Numbered from the stretch's first letter, positions 40,714-52,051 are shown. The stretch: 64,000 nt of DNA from Lingula anatina (GCA_051362555.1 CM120647.1:15538651-15602650), one strand, 5' to 3'. The notes: a model not told the origin generated them from the letters alone. Numbers and translations are program-made.

Positions 40714-41079
40714 TGTAACGAAAATGCAGACATCCAATAAAAACAATATTACTTTCTACAAGCTCAGTGGGCTGCCATTCTGAACCAAGTTACGGGTAGG
40801 TCCGTGATTTTCAACAAATTACGACGCCTTGTATTGGTGAGTGATAACAAGTGGCTTAAACCTGAGTCACTACTCATTCAACCACCAGCACACATTTGCG
40901 TGAAGAATTCTTAAGAACTAAACATTTACTTGCAAAACAATGAAATAATTAAATGCAAATTATTAAAACTTATCAAACACAAAAAAAAAAAAATAATAAA
41001 AAAAATAAAAATTAAAATTAAAAAAAATCAGCAAACCGATGCTTATTAAGTTCAGTTGATGGAGCTTTCAAATACGAGC

Positions 41080-41443
41080 AGTAGTGAAGGTGCACTTGGG
41101 CCCAAACTGTTTTGAAACCATAGCAACAACAACATAGCAACCATTTTGGGCGCAAACTGTTTAGAAACCATAGCAATAACAACATAGCAACCATTTTGGG
41201 CGCAAACTGTTTAGAAACCATAGCAACAACAACATAGCAACCATTTTGGGCGCAAACTGTTTAGAAACAATTGCAGCAACAACATAGCAACCACTTTGAG
41301 CGCAAACTATGATGAAACCATAGCAACAGTTTTAAAATTAAAAATCAAACTCTTTTATAGCAGCCTTAGTGCATCTGCACTAAGGTTGAGGGATGTAAAT
41401 AGCCGGTGACAATGGAGAGTGGAATGCCACGAACAATTGGGGT
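41080..41443 (+). repeat. Left TIR of the Maverick, containing ~4.6 tandem 50-bp units (41101-41328)
   Basis: Reverse complement of 56362-56725 with about four mismatches counted by eye. Confidence 0.95.
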
Positions 41444-42017
41444 GTTGCTGTAGACGCAAAGGTTATATAGCGTTTGTGTGAATGGGGGTGCATGCGTAAT
41501 AATAACAACGGTCACGCGTCTTAATAAAAGAGAACGAACAACGATCGTCTCGTGACAACACTGCCTGTTGTTTGTTTATTATTATTAGGCTTGTAACCCA
41601 CCACCACCCAAGTGCAGAAATTACGACTCAAACTGTTTATAGCGACACCGTTTAAACAAACACCTAGGTTATTGAAATCATACTTTAGACTAGGCAACAT
41701 CTCTTCAAACAACTCAATGTTAGTTTTCTTTAAAATCCATAAGGTAGTGTCGTAACGCTGTACGGTTGAATTTGTCTCTTTGAGTATTGAAATATGAAAG
41801 TCTTTGTATCTTTTTTGATTGAAGATTCCTCTTGATCGTCTTCAAACAATAGAGCTTAAGCAAAGAAACAACGCCTTATATGTAAATGCGAATTTCTTTA
41901 ATAATGCCCTAATATGTAAATGCAAATTCTTTAATATTGCACTAAAAGGAATGAAATTAAATTTAAACAACTTAAACAATAGAACCTAGAAAACAAAACA
42001 AGTCCAAGTTAGTTTCT

Positions 42018-45000
42018 TTAAAATCCATAAGGTAGTGTCGTAACGCCGTCCGGTTGAATTTGTCTCTTTGTGTATTGGAATCTGTAAGTCTTTGTCTCTT
42101 TTATGGAATGGAGAGTTTTTGATTGAGGGTTTCTCTTGATCGTATTAGAAGATACAACAACATTACTTGGCCCCGTGCCGTGAACCATGTTCAACATGGT
42201 TTCATAGTTAACAGTTTGAGCTGATGTATAGTTCAGACTGATGCCTTTTACCTTACAAACGGTCTTCCCATTTTTCGTAACGTAGGCATAATTCTTTGGC
42301 CCCCCAGACACGAAGTGGGTTATGTAATCGTTCTGGTCTAGTTCATCGGTGAAGTCGCCCAAATATGACCCCATGATGGAGTTTAAATACTTTTCTGTTT
42401 CGGGGTTTCCGTCATCGAGGAAAATGATTGAATCCGTATCAAAATACAACACTTTTTCATTTAGGACTTCCAATGCCTCATATAATACCATCCGTGCATG
42501 TGCAGTTGTGTATGCTGCAACGATCACGTTCGTATTTGACGATTGAGGCTCAAATCCGCTGTGATGTTGATATTGGACTTCAACCATATCATCGTTCAGG
42601 AAAAGTACATTTGTGACGTCTAGAGATCTGTTCAGCAGTATGTTAAAGTACATCTCTACGTCACTGACGTATTTGGACTGGACCATGTTGGTTCTTTGTC
42701 CGAATTTACCTGAAAAGATAGTTCGATCACAATGACATAAATTTTTATATGCGTGCACGATAGTGTACAACGCTCAACATCGGCTGCATTGTAACTTTAA
42801 AACAATGGAAAAATTACTGGGTAACAAACAAATAAAAGAAGGATGCCACCTACCCCAAAAACTGTTTAACATCAATTTTGAGAGAGCTCTTAAGCCTGGG
42901 TTCTTCTCTATGTTTTCCAGGTTCAAATGTATCCCTTCTTTTTCAGCATATTGGTGGACGTAACTTTGTTTTTTCTCGGGTGTCTCGCAACTTGAAGGGT
43001 ATCCGCTGGCCTCTTGTTTAAGTTTGAGGAAAGTGTCGATGTACTCAGCGAATAAACCACCCTCTTGGCGTTCGGGATTGTACGTGCTGGTAAAACGATA
43101 GTGCCATACTTCGTGGAAACGAACTATGGTGTACCCTTTTGAGACCGCCTTTTTTAATTCTGCAGAAACCCACGTACCTGTTAAGCTACGTTCTGTATTA
43201 GTATGGCGACATGCTTTTTGTTCACAGTTAGTAGCACACGTTCTACACAGAGTGAATACTAACTTTTTGTTAATCCTGAGTGGTAATACAGGATGGAAGA
43301 GCTTTCTCGGGGGAAGAACGGTACAAAGTATCAGTCCTTCGTAGTCGTCAAGGTCACCAAAATTTTCAGTAATAATTTCGGGGTGCTGTAGGGGATATGG
43401 TTTGTATTTGTTAACAAAAGGATAAAGGCTACATACATCAATGTATCTTATCTTTTCATTTCGATTCGTTTGACAAAATAACTTGATAGCATTTGTTCGT
43501 CCACCGTAAAAAGCTTCTCGGGGGTCAATTCTTTCTTGAATTTCTACACCGTTAACGAAATGCAACACTTCAGCGTTTTCTTTCACGAACCGGTCAAAAT
43601 CGCATTCCCATATTTCTTCGTAGTTCATTCCAAGGTTCTCTAAATACGTTTGTTTTCGCACCGTTTTTTCGAAAAGCGCACTCATAGACAATTTACTTAT
43701 TGGATTTTGATAATCAGAGGAATAGCACCGCGGGCAGCCGTGATAGAAACAACCGTGAAACTCATAGACTGTGTTTGTTGCAGCGGCCCAGCCGTCAACC
43801 CTGTACATCCCAAATCGTTTTTCTCCACCGTTGTGCGAGTGTTGTATGAAAACATCATCGCGGTTTGCGACGTAACCTAACCATTTTCGTGCTTTTGCTG
43901 ATGTTTTGTGTTTTATTACATAGCCGCCTCGTGGAATTATACCGATTGTATCTGCCTTTAAAAAAAGGGTTCGATATACCAAATTACAGGCACCGGCTAT
44001 CGTAATTGCTGAATGGAAAACCTCAATTTTTTGTCCCTTTTGTTCCGTAATATCTATAAATATTTGTCTAAATTTGAGACAAGCTTTGCGCAGTATAACA
44101 ACGTCCATGATACAATAAATAAGTAACTCGTTTTGAAAATCGAACGTATGTTCTTTTGTCACCTGCTCATTGTACCACACAAAGAATTTTTTCCTTGCGT
44201 CTGACGACATTGATGCAACGCCATAGTAGTGTGCGGGAGGCATGTTTCCAACGTAATTTTGATTTTCAGGTGTGTTAAAAAGATGAGGGAAATACCCCTT
44301 ACATAAAGATCGATTCAATCCAAAGGCATCGGGTAACTTACTGAGTGCCATCGGAAGAAAATTGAACGAATCAATGATACTGATTTTGCCTACGCTTATG
44401 GAAAGGACTTTACTTCCTCGCATTATCACCTTGGGCTTTATGCCCTGATCGCGCAACCATGCAAGGATGTAATAAGAATCGTAACCGCTGTTATAATGCG
44501 CAATGGCAACGGCTCCGTCATCGATAGGTTCTCCTTGTAGTCCGTCTTGCGGAAACATTTGTTCAGAACCAAAAAGCCATTCGCAAAAATTATCACGACA
44601 ATCGGACCCTTTAAAAATGTGTTCTCGATCTCCGCATCTTTCACAGACGCTTTCGGAGGTCACCTCGGAATCTAAACAGTAAAGACATACCCTGTGTGCC
44701 ACAACTAAATTAGCTTCGTGCAAACCATTGTTAGTCTGCATGGCTTCAAAGTCAAAGAAAATAAATGGCCGTCTTGTACTGTTATTAAGATTTTTCTTTT
44801 TTCTCTTTTTACGTGTAGAGGTTGACGGGTGATCTGTTTCTTCTTCGGATGTCGAAGACGCTTGCTCGGACTCGTCATTTTCACGAACGTTTTGGAAAAG
44901 AAAACTTTTAGACTGTTTCTTTAAGGGTTGCATGTAGCACAGATGGCCTTTTCGCACCTGTCTTTTGCAAGTCTCGCATTTGTATGAAAAACAAATGTGC

Positions 45001-46613
45001 GTCTTTTTGTTTTGCCTGTTGACAAATGCATGGCATATTTCGCAAGCGAAAAATAACTGGCATGTTGAGATGCCCTTTTCGTTCGTTGCGAGGTGATTGC
45101 GGTAACAGTGAGCAGAGACAAAAAATCTGTTGCACGATCTGCATGGGGTCCAATTTTGCAATTCACATTTGGACGTACCCCTGCAATATGGACAGCTATT
45201 TGCACACATGTGCAAATATTTATTATTGTATCCTTTTCCACATTTCGTGCAAAAAAAAGCTGTCGACAAAAACCCAGTCACTGACGATATGACATCGAAA
45301 TGACGTTTATAGTAAAACAGGAATATTTGTTTTTGCCTGGACGGTCCTTTAAAAATTGCACTCATAAAATGCTCTCCCGAATACACAAAAATTTGGTAAT
45401 CGGTGATAAAATCTTGGAAAGCTTTTACCTCCGGTAAACCGCAAGGTCCCTCGGGTACATTTGCTAGCCTATGTAACTCTTTGGCTAATTTGAGCTGTTC
45501 GTAACAGTTGCGGTTAAGTATCGTTTTTAAATTGGGTACTTTCTCTAACTTTGCTTTTGCAACAACGAGTGCTCTCGCTAAACAAAGCTGATCGTTCGCG
45601 CCATTATGAATTTGAACAATGGAACGTTTTCTTTGTAACCATTGTTTCATTCCCATTGATTCGCGACGAACCCTCCCCGACCCCGGTTCTGGAAGTTGAA
45701 TATGGCACACTGTCAATACTATTGTGGAATCTAGGCGAAATTCTTCGTGCGATTGGATTACTCTCATTAATTCGTGAAGAAAAAGCGAAGTTGTAAGCTC
45801 TGAAACTCGAACGAAACGAATAGAAATGGGGTGATCTAGAGACGTAGATTGCATAACCACTCTAATGAGATCGTCCGGGCTCATAGCTCTCGTGATTTCG
45901 GAAAAAATGCTATCAAATATTTTGTGCACCAGTTCTATTGCAGAATTAAGCGGAGCATGTTCGAGGTGTTGAAATGCTAGATCGTAATCGGTACAAGTTG
46001 TGGCAAATTTTTTATTTTTACGTTCTTTCACATTTGTTATCACATAATAATCATTTGGGTTAAAATTACCATCAAATTCACCGACCATTCCTTCGCTATC
46101 TGTAGGGGCTCCCCCTCCCCACAAACCATTTTCACCTACACCATCATCATTACTTTGGTTAAGAAACGATACAATATCGTCTAAATCACTGTCGTCAGGG
46201 GGTAAAAGCGCCGTGTCTAAGTTATTAAAAAGATCGTCTATCACGTTGTCGTCAAGAAGATTGGTGCCACTGACTCCGTTTTCTGCTTTTTTGTCGGGAT
46301 CTAAAGGCTCAACCTCTCCCCACAACCCGTTTTCACATGCAGCGTCATTAGTTTGTTCGTCCTGATTAAGTAACTCTGTCAAATCATCCAAAGCACTTTC
46401 GCTCGAGGGTGGAAATTCCGTGTCTAAATCTCTAAAAAGACCGTCTATCACGTCACTGTCACTATCGGATTTGGCGCGCTTAGCGTTTACGCTACCGTTG
46501 TCGTTGTCAGAGAAAACAGAATCGGTAACACTATCTTCCCCAAGCTCTGTTAAACTACGGGATCTTTTTGGACTACTACTAGTGCTACTGCAAGTATTGC
46601 TATTACTATTCAT
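42018..46613 (-). CDS. polB: Protein-primed family B DNA polymerase, spliced (46613-42854 + 42709-42018; ~1483 aa)
   Basis: Exonuclease motifs FFDFEA and HYNSGYD; polymerase motifs YIDVCSLYP, KLMLNSFWG|KFGQ (restored by removing a 144-nt GT-AG intron), YFDTDS and GPKNY; OTU-like motifs DQLCLARAL…HFD; nuclease-like insert VDG…YEFHGCFYHGC. Confidence 0.93.
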
Positions 46614-46618
46614 ATCTA

Positions 46619-46993
46619 TCACTTTTTACGTTCTGCAATACTACTTAATCGTTTGGCGTATTTATCTAACAAATACTGGCCGTACACTCTAAATAGTAGT
46701 GTTTGATCTTTTCTAGGCAGTGCTTGATACTTACTACTTAAACGGTAGGCAAAAAAATCTAACAAATATTGTCCGTGCACTTCAAATAATTCTACTTGCT
46801 CTTTTCTAGGCAGTGTGTGATATTTTTTTTCTAAATAATCGCATATAGCGTTTTCTAAATGACTATATGATAAATCTAATGCTATTGTTAGTAGTTGTCC
46901 TAAATTGTAATGATCTAAAATTTTAACCACTATGTCCGAACTAAGGACGGTCAAGGGGAACGGGTTCTCTTTCCATACGCTATCGTCGTACAT
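46619..46993 (-). CDS. Maverick accessory protein, 124 aa, with an F-box-like N-terminus and a 31-aa internal repeat
   Basis: PLTVLSSDIVVKILDHYNLGQLL resembles the F-box consensus; KYxxLPRKxQxxLFxVxGQYLLDxxAxRLSS occurs twice; preceded by a spliced leader and TATA box. Confidence 0.6.
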   Translation of the reverse strand: MYDDSVWKENPFPLTVLSSDIVVKILDHYNLGQLLTIALDLSYSHLENAICDYLEKKYHTLPRKEQVELFEVHGQYLLDFFAYRLSSKYQALPRKDQTLLFRVYGQYLLDKYAKRLSSIAERKK

Positions 46994-48110
46994 TCCCTAA
47001 ACACAGAAAAAAAAAATCGAAATGGTCAAAATGTTCTATATGATATCTGTAATGCAAATTTTAATAAAATTCTGTCCTTACTCGTTGAATCCACTAAATT
47101 ATGACTTACCTGTTTGCTAAATTCGGCTGGAGGAGAACGTAGTTTAGTTTCAGCGCTGCCTGGGAAAAGCAATATACTGAAGTAATGTAAAATCGCTCTT
47201 TTTATAAGAAAATTTGTGAGTGACAGCAAACTCAAAGGACTACATGTTATATAGTATCGGACGATCTTGTTCTTGACCAATCGGAAAAATAATTGGTAAG
47301 ACCCACCCCCTTTTTCTTGTAAGAACGAAGTACAAATTTTGACTTGGTCCGCAGCCAAGGAAAATATTATTTTTCGTTATAAATCCGCATTAGCGAAGTT
47401 AAGACGAACGTTTCAGAAAATTAAGAATATTATGCAATTTTTCCTCGTTTTGTTCCGTGGGTGAAAAAATTCTTTGAACGAGCATCGAAGTACTAAATTT
47501 GGTTTGATCCGTATCCAAGGGAAATATTATTTCTCGTTATAAATCTGTATAAGCTAAGCTTAGTCCATCGTTTTCAGATTCTGAGACCTTTTGTTTATAG
47601 CATTGTGAGAAATTTGACACAGGTCCTAAATTTAGAATTCGGTCGAAGAAAGCTGGACAAATAATATGATCGTTAGGCAGACTTGGGAAACATTTTAATC
47701 CGGTTCAAACCCCAAGTGCCTGATAGCCTAAATACTACCTTTCAACTAGACGCTTCAATTCATTAGAGTTCAAAAGAGCCGTTTATCTTGAACATCAATG
47801 GCAATAAGTTTTTAAATACCACCCAATACGCTGTTACACCACATTAAATACACGTTATTCACTGATTAAATTGGTGACCGAAATTTGAAACAGTCTACTG
47901 CTTAATACAACATGGAAAATCAGAAGTGGATTGTCTTGATATAACTTGATCAATCTGTCAATAAAGGTGCACATATATCACGTGATGTAAACAATAGCAA
48001 AGACAAACGAGTTTTTTTGTTTTTATTTCTTTCAAAGTTAGTCAAAAATGTTGATATAAATGAACGTGTAACAGACAACATGTGTCACTTTACTTTCTTA
48101 ATAGTCTGAA

Positions 48111-48764
48111 ATGTATGAGTTGAGACTTAAACATCCCTTTACAGCTTTGGTAGCGGGGCCCACTGGATCAGGTAAAACAGTATGGGTAAAAAAACTCTTG
48201 GTCAATGCTCAAGCGATGATTTTTCCCCCACCTCAGAAGATCGTGTATTGTTACGACATATGGCAATCGCTGTACGCCGAAATGCAGAGTGAATACCCTG
48301 ATACGATTACGTTCCTTAAAGGCATTCCGTCCGATTTAGATGACGCAAGTTTTTTTAATCCTCTAACAAATAATCTCATTGTACTGGATGATCTGTACGC
48401 TGAGGGGGGAGATGATACTCGAATACGAGACCTTTTCACAAAGGGCTCTCATCATCGTAATGTCAGTGTTCTGCTGATTTCACAAAACTTATTTCCCAAG
48501 GAAAAACATGCCAGAACTATATCGCTGAACTGTCATTACTTAGTTTTGTTCAAGAATCCTAGAGACTCTTTGCAAGTCAAAACGTTGGGAATACAAATGT
48601 ACCCGAACGACGTTAAGGAATTTCTAAATGTTTATAAAGAGGTTACATCCGATGCACACGCTTATTTGTTAATAGACCTCACGCAAGCTTGCCCGGATCA
48701 GATTCGTCTACGCACAAATATATTTCCCGGAGAAACTCATTACGCTTACATGCGTCTAGCGTGA
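48111..48764 (+). CDS. A32-like (FtsK/HerA superfamily) genome-packaging ATPase
   Basis: Walker A GPTGSGKT, Walker B LIVLDD, and GSHHRNVSVLLISQ and RTISLN motifs typical of Polinton ATPases. Confidence 0.93.
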   Translation: MYELRLKHPFTALVAGPTGSGKTVWVKKLLVNAQAMIFPPPQKIVYCYDIWQSLYAEMQSEYPDTITFLKGIPSDLDDASFFNPLTNNLIVLDDLYAEGGDDTRIRDLFTKGSHHRNVSVLLISQNLFPKEKHARTISLNCHYLVLFKNPRDSLQVKTLGIQMYPNDVKEFLNVYKEVTSDAHAYLLIDLTQACPDQIRLRTNIFPGETHYAYMRLA

Positions 48765-48784
48765 GTGTTAACGGTGGCTGTAAC

Positions 48785-49105
48785 ATGAAAGCTGAGACCA
48801 GGAAGATATTTAACGTTCATGTAAAGTTGCTTTCATCAGCTGACAAGAAATTGATAAAAGCTGTCATAGAGAATTCTCCCTACGACCTCGTTCGAATCTT
48901 ATGTAATTACGCTGCTAATTTACTGTACAACAAGCATATTAAACTGAACTCGAAGGACAAATTGTTGTTACGCCGAAATAGGTACACCATCCTTCAACTG
49001 GCTGATAAGAGAGTCTCCATACAAAGAAAGAAAAGGCTTTTGTTACGAAACATTTCTGCTGTTAAAGCAATATTAAACCCTGCATCAAAACATGTCAGTC
49101 TTTAA
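48785..49105 (+). CDS. Conserved basic Polinton protein (106 aa), probable virion core component
   Basis: DLVRILCNYAANLL…LADKRVSIQRKKRLL matches the recalled pattern of the small basic ORF that follows the ATPase in animal Mavericks. ATG at 48785. Confidence 0.65.
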   Translation: MKAETRKIFNVHVKLLSSADKKLIKAVIENSPYDLVRILCNYAANLLYNKHIKLNSKDKLLLRRNRYTILQLADKRVSIQRKKRLLLRNISAVKAILNPASKHVSL

Positions 49106-49779
49106 AAAAATGGTATTAATTAGCGAAGGTGAATTAAACGCCTTGAAACAGAGGGTAAACAGCAATTATTCACCTCTACGGGAAGAGACACTGCAGTTGC
49201 AAAATGAAATGACAAAGACTATGCAAAGAAGTGACATACCTTTTGACCAAAAAATGAAAATGTACAATGATTTGCAAGTGCAATATTTGAAGATTGCACG
49301 GAAGAAGGACCCGGTTGCCGTGGTGGTGCAGAATTCGTCAGTGTCTTCAGACACACGCCCTCTGCAAAACTCGCCTCTCAGCCCTACCATCAAGACAGAA
49401 AAACCTCCCGTCAGACTTAACGAAGAAATATTAGACTCGGTTCCGCAAAAGATGAGAAGGAAGGCTGAAGTAGTGTTGAGATATGTCTAAAAATCCTAAT
49501 GTGTTGTCATATAATGAACAGGGGGAGTTAAAATTCAACGGTAGAGTCGTTCAGGGGACAAATGTAATAGATTTGGTCCACGATTTATATGTACCGCGCA
49601 AGAGTTTCAACCCACCTGGGCTTTCTCTCTTTTTACAAGGTTTAAAACGTATTAATGTGCCGTTAAGTAACATCATGAACATAAAGCGCCGTAAACAGCT
49701 TATGACGGGGGACGCATCTTCCAGTCAAACCCAGAGAGGTTCGGGAAAAAATTTCAAGTCAAAATTCAACATATATTGA
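49092..49779 (+). pseudogene. Conserved Polinton hypothetical protein split by a frameshift at ~49483 (ORFs 49092-49490 and 49483-49779)
   Basis: ILDSVPQKMRRKAEVVLRY / MSKNPNVLSYNEQGELKFNGRVVQGTNVIDLV read as one continuous domain; ends near QRGSG. Confidence 0.6.
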
Positions 49780-49845
49780 AAGAAAACATTACAATAAGGC
49801 ATATTGTTACAATATAATTACTTTATTTTAGTTGAATAAATGTGT

Positions 49846-50373
49846 TCAGTACATAATTCGAAGTGATTTCTTTGATCGACACGCTTGGAAACTCGTATTT
49901 ACAATGCAGGGTATGGTAAAATTTGTATTTACATAATCATACACCAATATATCGTTGAATTGCTTATCGTTAGTAAAACTTCTTAGAATCTGATCTAATT
50001 TCTTCCCGCGAGAACGGTTCATTACGTAATATATACAGTACTGTCCACACACTTTGGTATACTCGCTCTGTAATGTTCTGGTGTTAAATGTCCAGGCAGA
50101 TCTAGAGTTTTTGTCTAAAAAACGTTTAAAAGCGTCATTATAATAATACGGAGCACTGCCGTAGGAGTCAAAAAATTCCCCACTTCCGTTTTCATCAAAG
50201 TAAAAGGCGACCCAATGTTGTCCGGGCTTGTAATGTGGATCTGTATTACAAATAAAACAGGCGGGAAAATGCTGTATTTTTTCTGGCAACGTGTCCGATG
50301 CAAACACTCCCTGAAAACGAGTACTTGTACTTGCGTCAGCCTTAAGAATATACTCAATCTGTCTGGTATTCAT
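49846..50373 (-). CDS. Adenain-like cysteine maturation protease
   Basis: PGQHWVAF, FFDSYG and LQS…VCGQYC catalytic motifs. Confidence 0.93.
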   Translation of the reverse strand: MNTRQIEYILKADASTSTRFQGVFASDTLPEKIQHFPACFICNTDPHYKPGQHWVAFYFDENGSGEFFDSYGSAPYYYNDAFKRFLDKNSRSAWTFNTRTLQSEYTKVCGQYCIYYVMNRSRGKKLDQILRSFTNDKQFNDILVYDYVNTNFTIPCIVNTSFQACRSKKSLRIMY

Positions 50374-50375
50374 TT

Positions 50376-51683
50376 TCAATATTCGACGTAAACGCTGCGG
50401 CGTTGATCTATCTTAATGACAGAATCGAATTCTGCCATTACAATTAATACACTATTTGAAACAGCCTTCCCAAACTCCATGGAAATATTAAGGCTCCCTT
50501 GTTTAGTTGGTGTCACGTAATTTTCAAAACTTTTATCTGATGTCAGGTCAAAGCCAAACAGGGTGTACCCGTACAAGTAGTCCATTCTATCAAAACCCAC
50601 ATTTTCTTCTCCGGTTGCTGCACCAACGGATTTTAATAGGTCGAAGTAAGGCCTAATGCAACCAAAGCCTCCGTTTACGTTAAAATCTAGATTGTAAGGT
50701 TTAAAAGGTATTTGCTCCCCTGCCACCGTTAAGCGTAGCTGTCTCAAATCATTGTTTTTAAAATTAAACGGGTTTTTTTCATAATCGCCGCTAAAAGCAT
50801 CATCGTCAACAAGTCCAAGGACAATGCGTTTCGGCATTTTTCCGATGAAATCATTGTCTAAATTTACATTTCTGTTTCCATTTGGAAAATTGATGACTTT
50901 TAATTCTCTTCGAGCCATGGGATAACACGCCACATGTTTGGTTAAAATACTCTCGTGGGCCAACTTAAGCCTATCAGACACCTTGACTCTCCTTACAAAT
51001 AGAGATATGTTATTGATAAAAAACTTCTCGTCTTTTTCCTGTGTTTCCGACATCAAACAAAATGCCTGCGGTGTTCTCCTCAATTTTATTCGCATGTCTA
51101 TGTTATTTAGGAGTAGTTTATCTTGGTTTGCCAAATCGAATTTCAGTCGTCCGTACATCTCCACGCTTCTACTGCGTTGAAACCATCGGTAGCGATCTGA
51201 CAGTCCATCATTTCCGGGGTCACCGTCGACATCTGTAGCGTTCATTTGTCCTGGCGTGTCTTGGTACCACATCTCACTCCTCATCCACGTTTCTTTAGCA
51301 TTTTTCCCATAATACAATAAATTTTCTAGATATGCTCGATAGGGATAGGTGTTTTGACTCAGGGTTATCAAATGATCGTTCAGCTCTATGTCCACGGATG
51401 AGAATAACGAGTGAAGCGTGTTGTTCACGACGCATGTATTTTGACCAATATTGATATCACTTCCGTCTGCCTTCACGACTTTTCCATCCACGAACAGGTT
51501 TATATGAGACGGATCAATATATTCGTCGGGCGTGCCTTTGATGACAAATTCGACGACTTGGGATTCCTGATTTATAAAAGTAACCGGTCTTACTTCTTCG
51601 ACCGAGTCTGCTAAAATATCTGACTGGTAATTTCTAAAATTCGTGAATAAATCCAGTTCTGTCTTCACGATTGGGTCACCCAT
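50376..51683 (-). CDS. Major capsid protein (double jelly-roll), 435 aa
   Basis: KTELDLF, NNTLHSLFSSVDIELND, YPYRAYLENLL, MPKRIVLGLV, NPFNF and GYTLFGFDLT motifs of the Maverick MCP. Confidence 0.88.
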   Translation of the reverse strand: MGDPIVKTELDLFTNFRNYQSDILADSVEEVRPVTFINQESQVVEFVIKGTPDEYIDPSHINLFVDGKVVKADGSDINIGQNTCVVNNTLHSLFSSVDIELNDHLITLSQNTYPYRAYLENLLYYGKNAKETWMRSEMWYQDTPGQMNATDVDGDPGNDGLSDRYRWFQRSRSVEMYGRLKFDLANQDKLLLNNIDMRIKLRRTPQAFCLMSETQEKDEKFFINNISLFVRRVKVSDRLKLAHESILTKHVACYPMARRELKVINFPNGNRNVNLDNDFIGKMPKRIVLGLVDDDAFSGDYEKNPFNFKNNDLRQLRLTVAGEQIPFKPYNLDFNVNGGFGCIRPYFDLLKSVGAATGEENVGFDRMDYLYGYTLFGFDLTSDKSFENYVTPTKQGSLNISMEFGKAVSNSVLIVMAEFDSVIKIDQRRSVYVEY

Positions 51684-51685
51684 GT

Positions 51686-52051
51686 CTAAAAGTTTGTATT
51701 TCGTGTCTTTGTTGGACGCGTCCGCTTTGTCTTCTTTACTTTAGTGCTTCTGGTCACTTTAGGTGTGCTATGTTTTTTTATAGCCATAGAGTTTAAAGCT
51801 TTCCTCACGACGTCACCGTTAACATACAATTTAGCCTTTGATGCAGGTCTCTTAATAGCTTTTCTTTTTACAACAGATCGTTGTGTATTCTTTGGACTGG
51901 TAGACCTTTTTACTTGGAGTATTTCACCGTGTCGGGATGGAATTAATCTACTCCCCCCTCTCTGAGTTCGTGAACCATGGAATTTGTTAATAGAACTCCC
52001 ACCTGCCTGTGCCTCGTATCTTTTCAATAGTGCTACGTAAACCGGATCCAT
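51686..52051 (-). CDS. Small Lys/Arg-rich putative DNA-condensing core protein with QxGG protease sites
   Basis: QAGG and QRGG near the N-terminus, highly basic tail, located between the two capsid genes. Confidence 0.7.
   Translation of the reverse strand: MDPVYVALLKRYEAQAGGSSINKFHGSRTQRGGSRLIPSRHGEILQVKRSTSPKNTQRSVVKRKAIKRPASKAKLYVNGDVVRKALNSMAIKKHSTPKVTRSTKVKKTKRTRPTKTRNTNF

Noticed and set aside
41101-41328. 50-bp and 72-bp repeats as a CRISPR-like array
   Set aside because: Units are contiguous tandem repeats without unique spacers, there are no cas genes, and the context is eukaryotic.
47026-47358. 110-aa ORF in the Maverick intergenic region
   Set aside because: Non-ATG start, spans the TATA box and leader intron, and has no recognisable motif.
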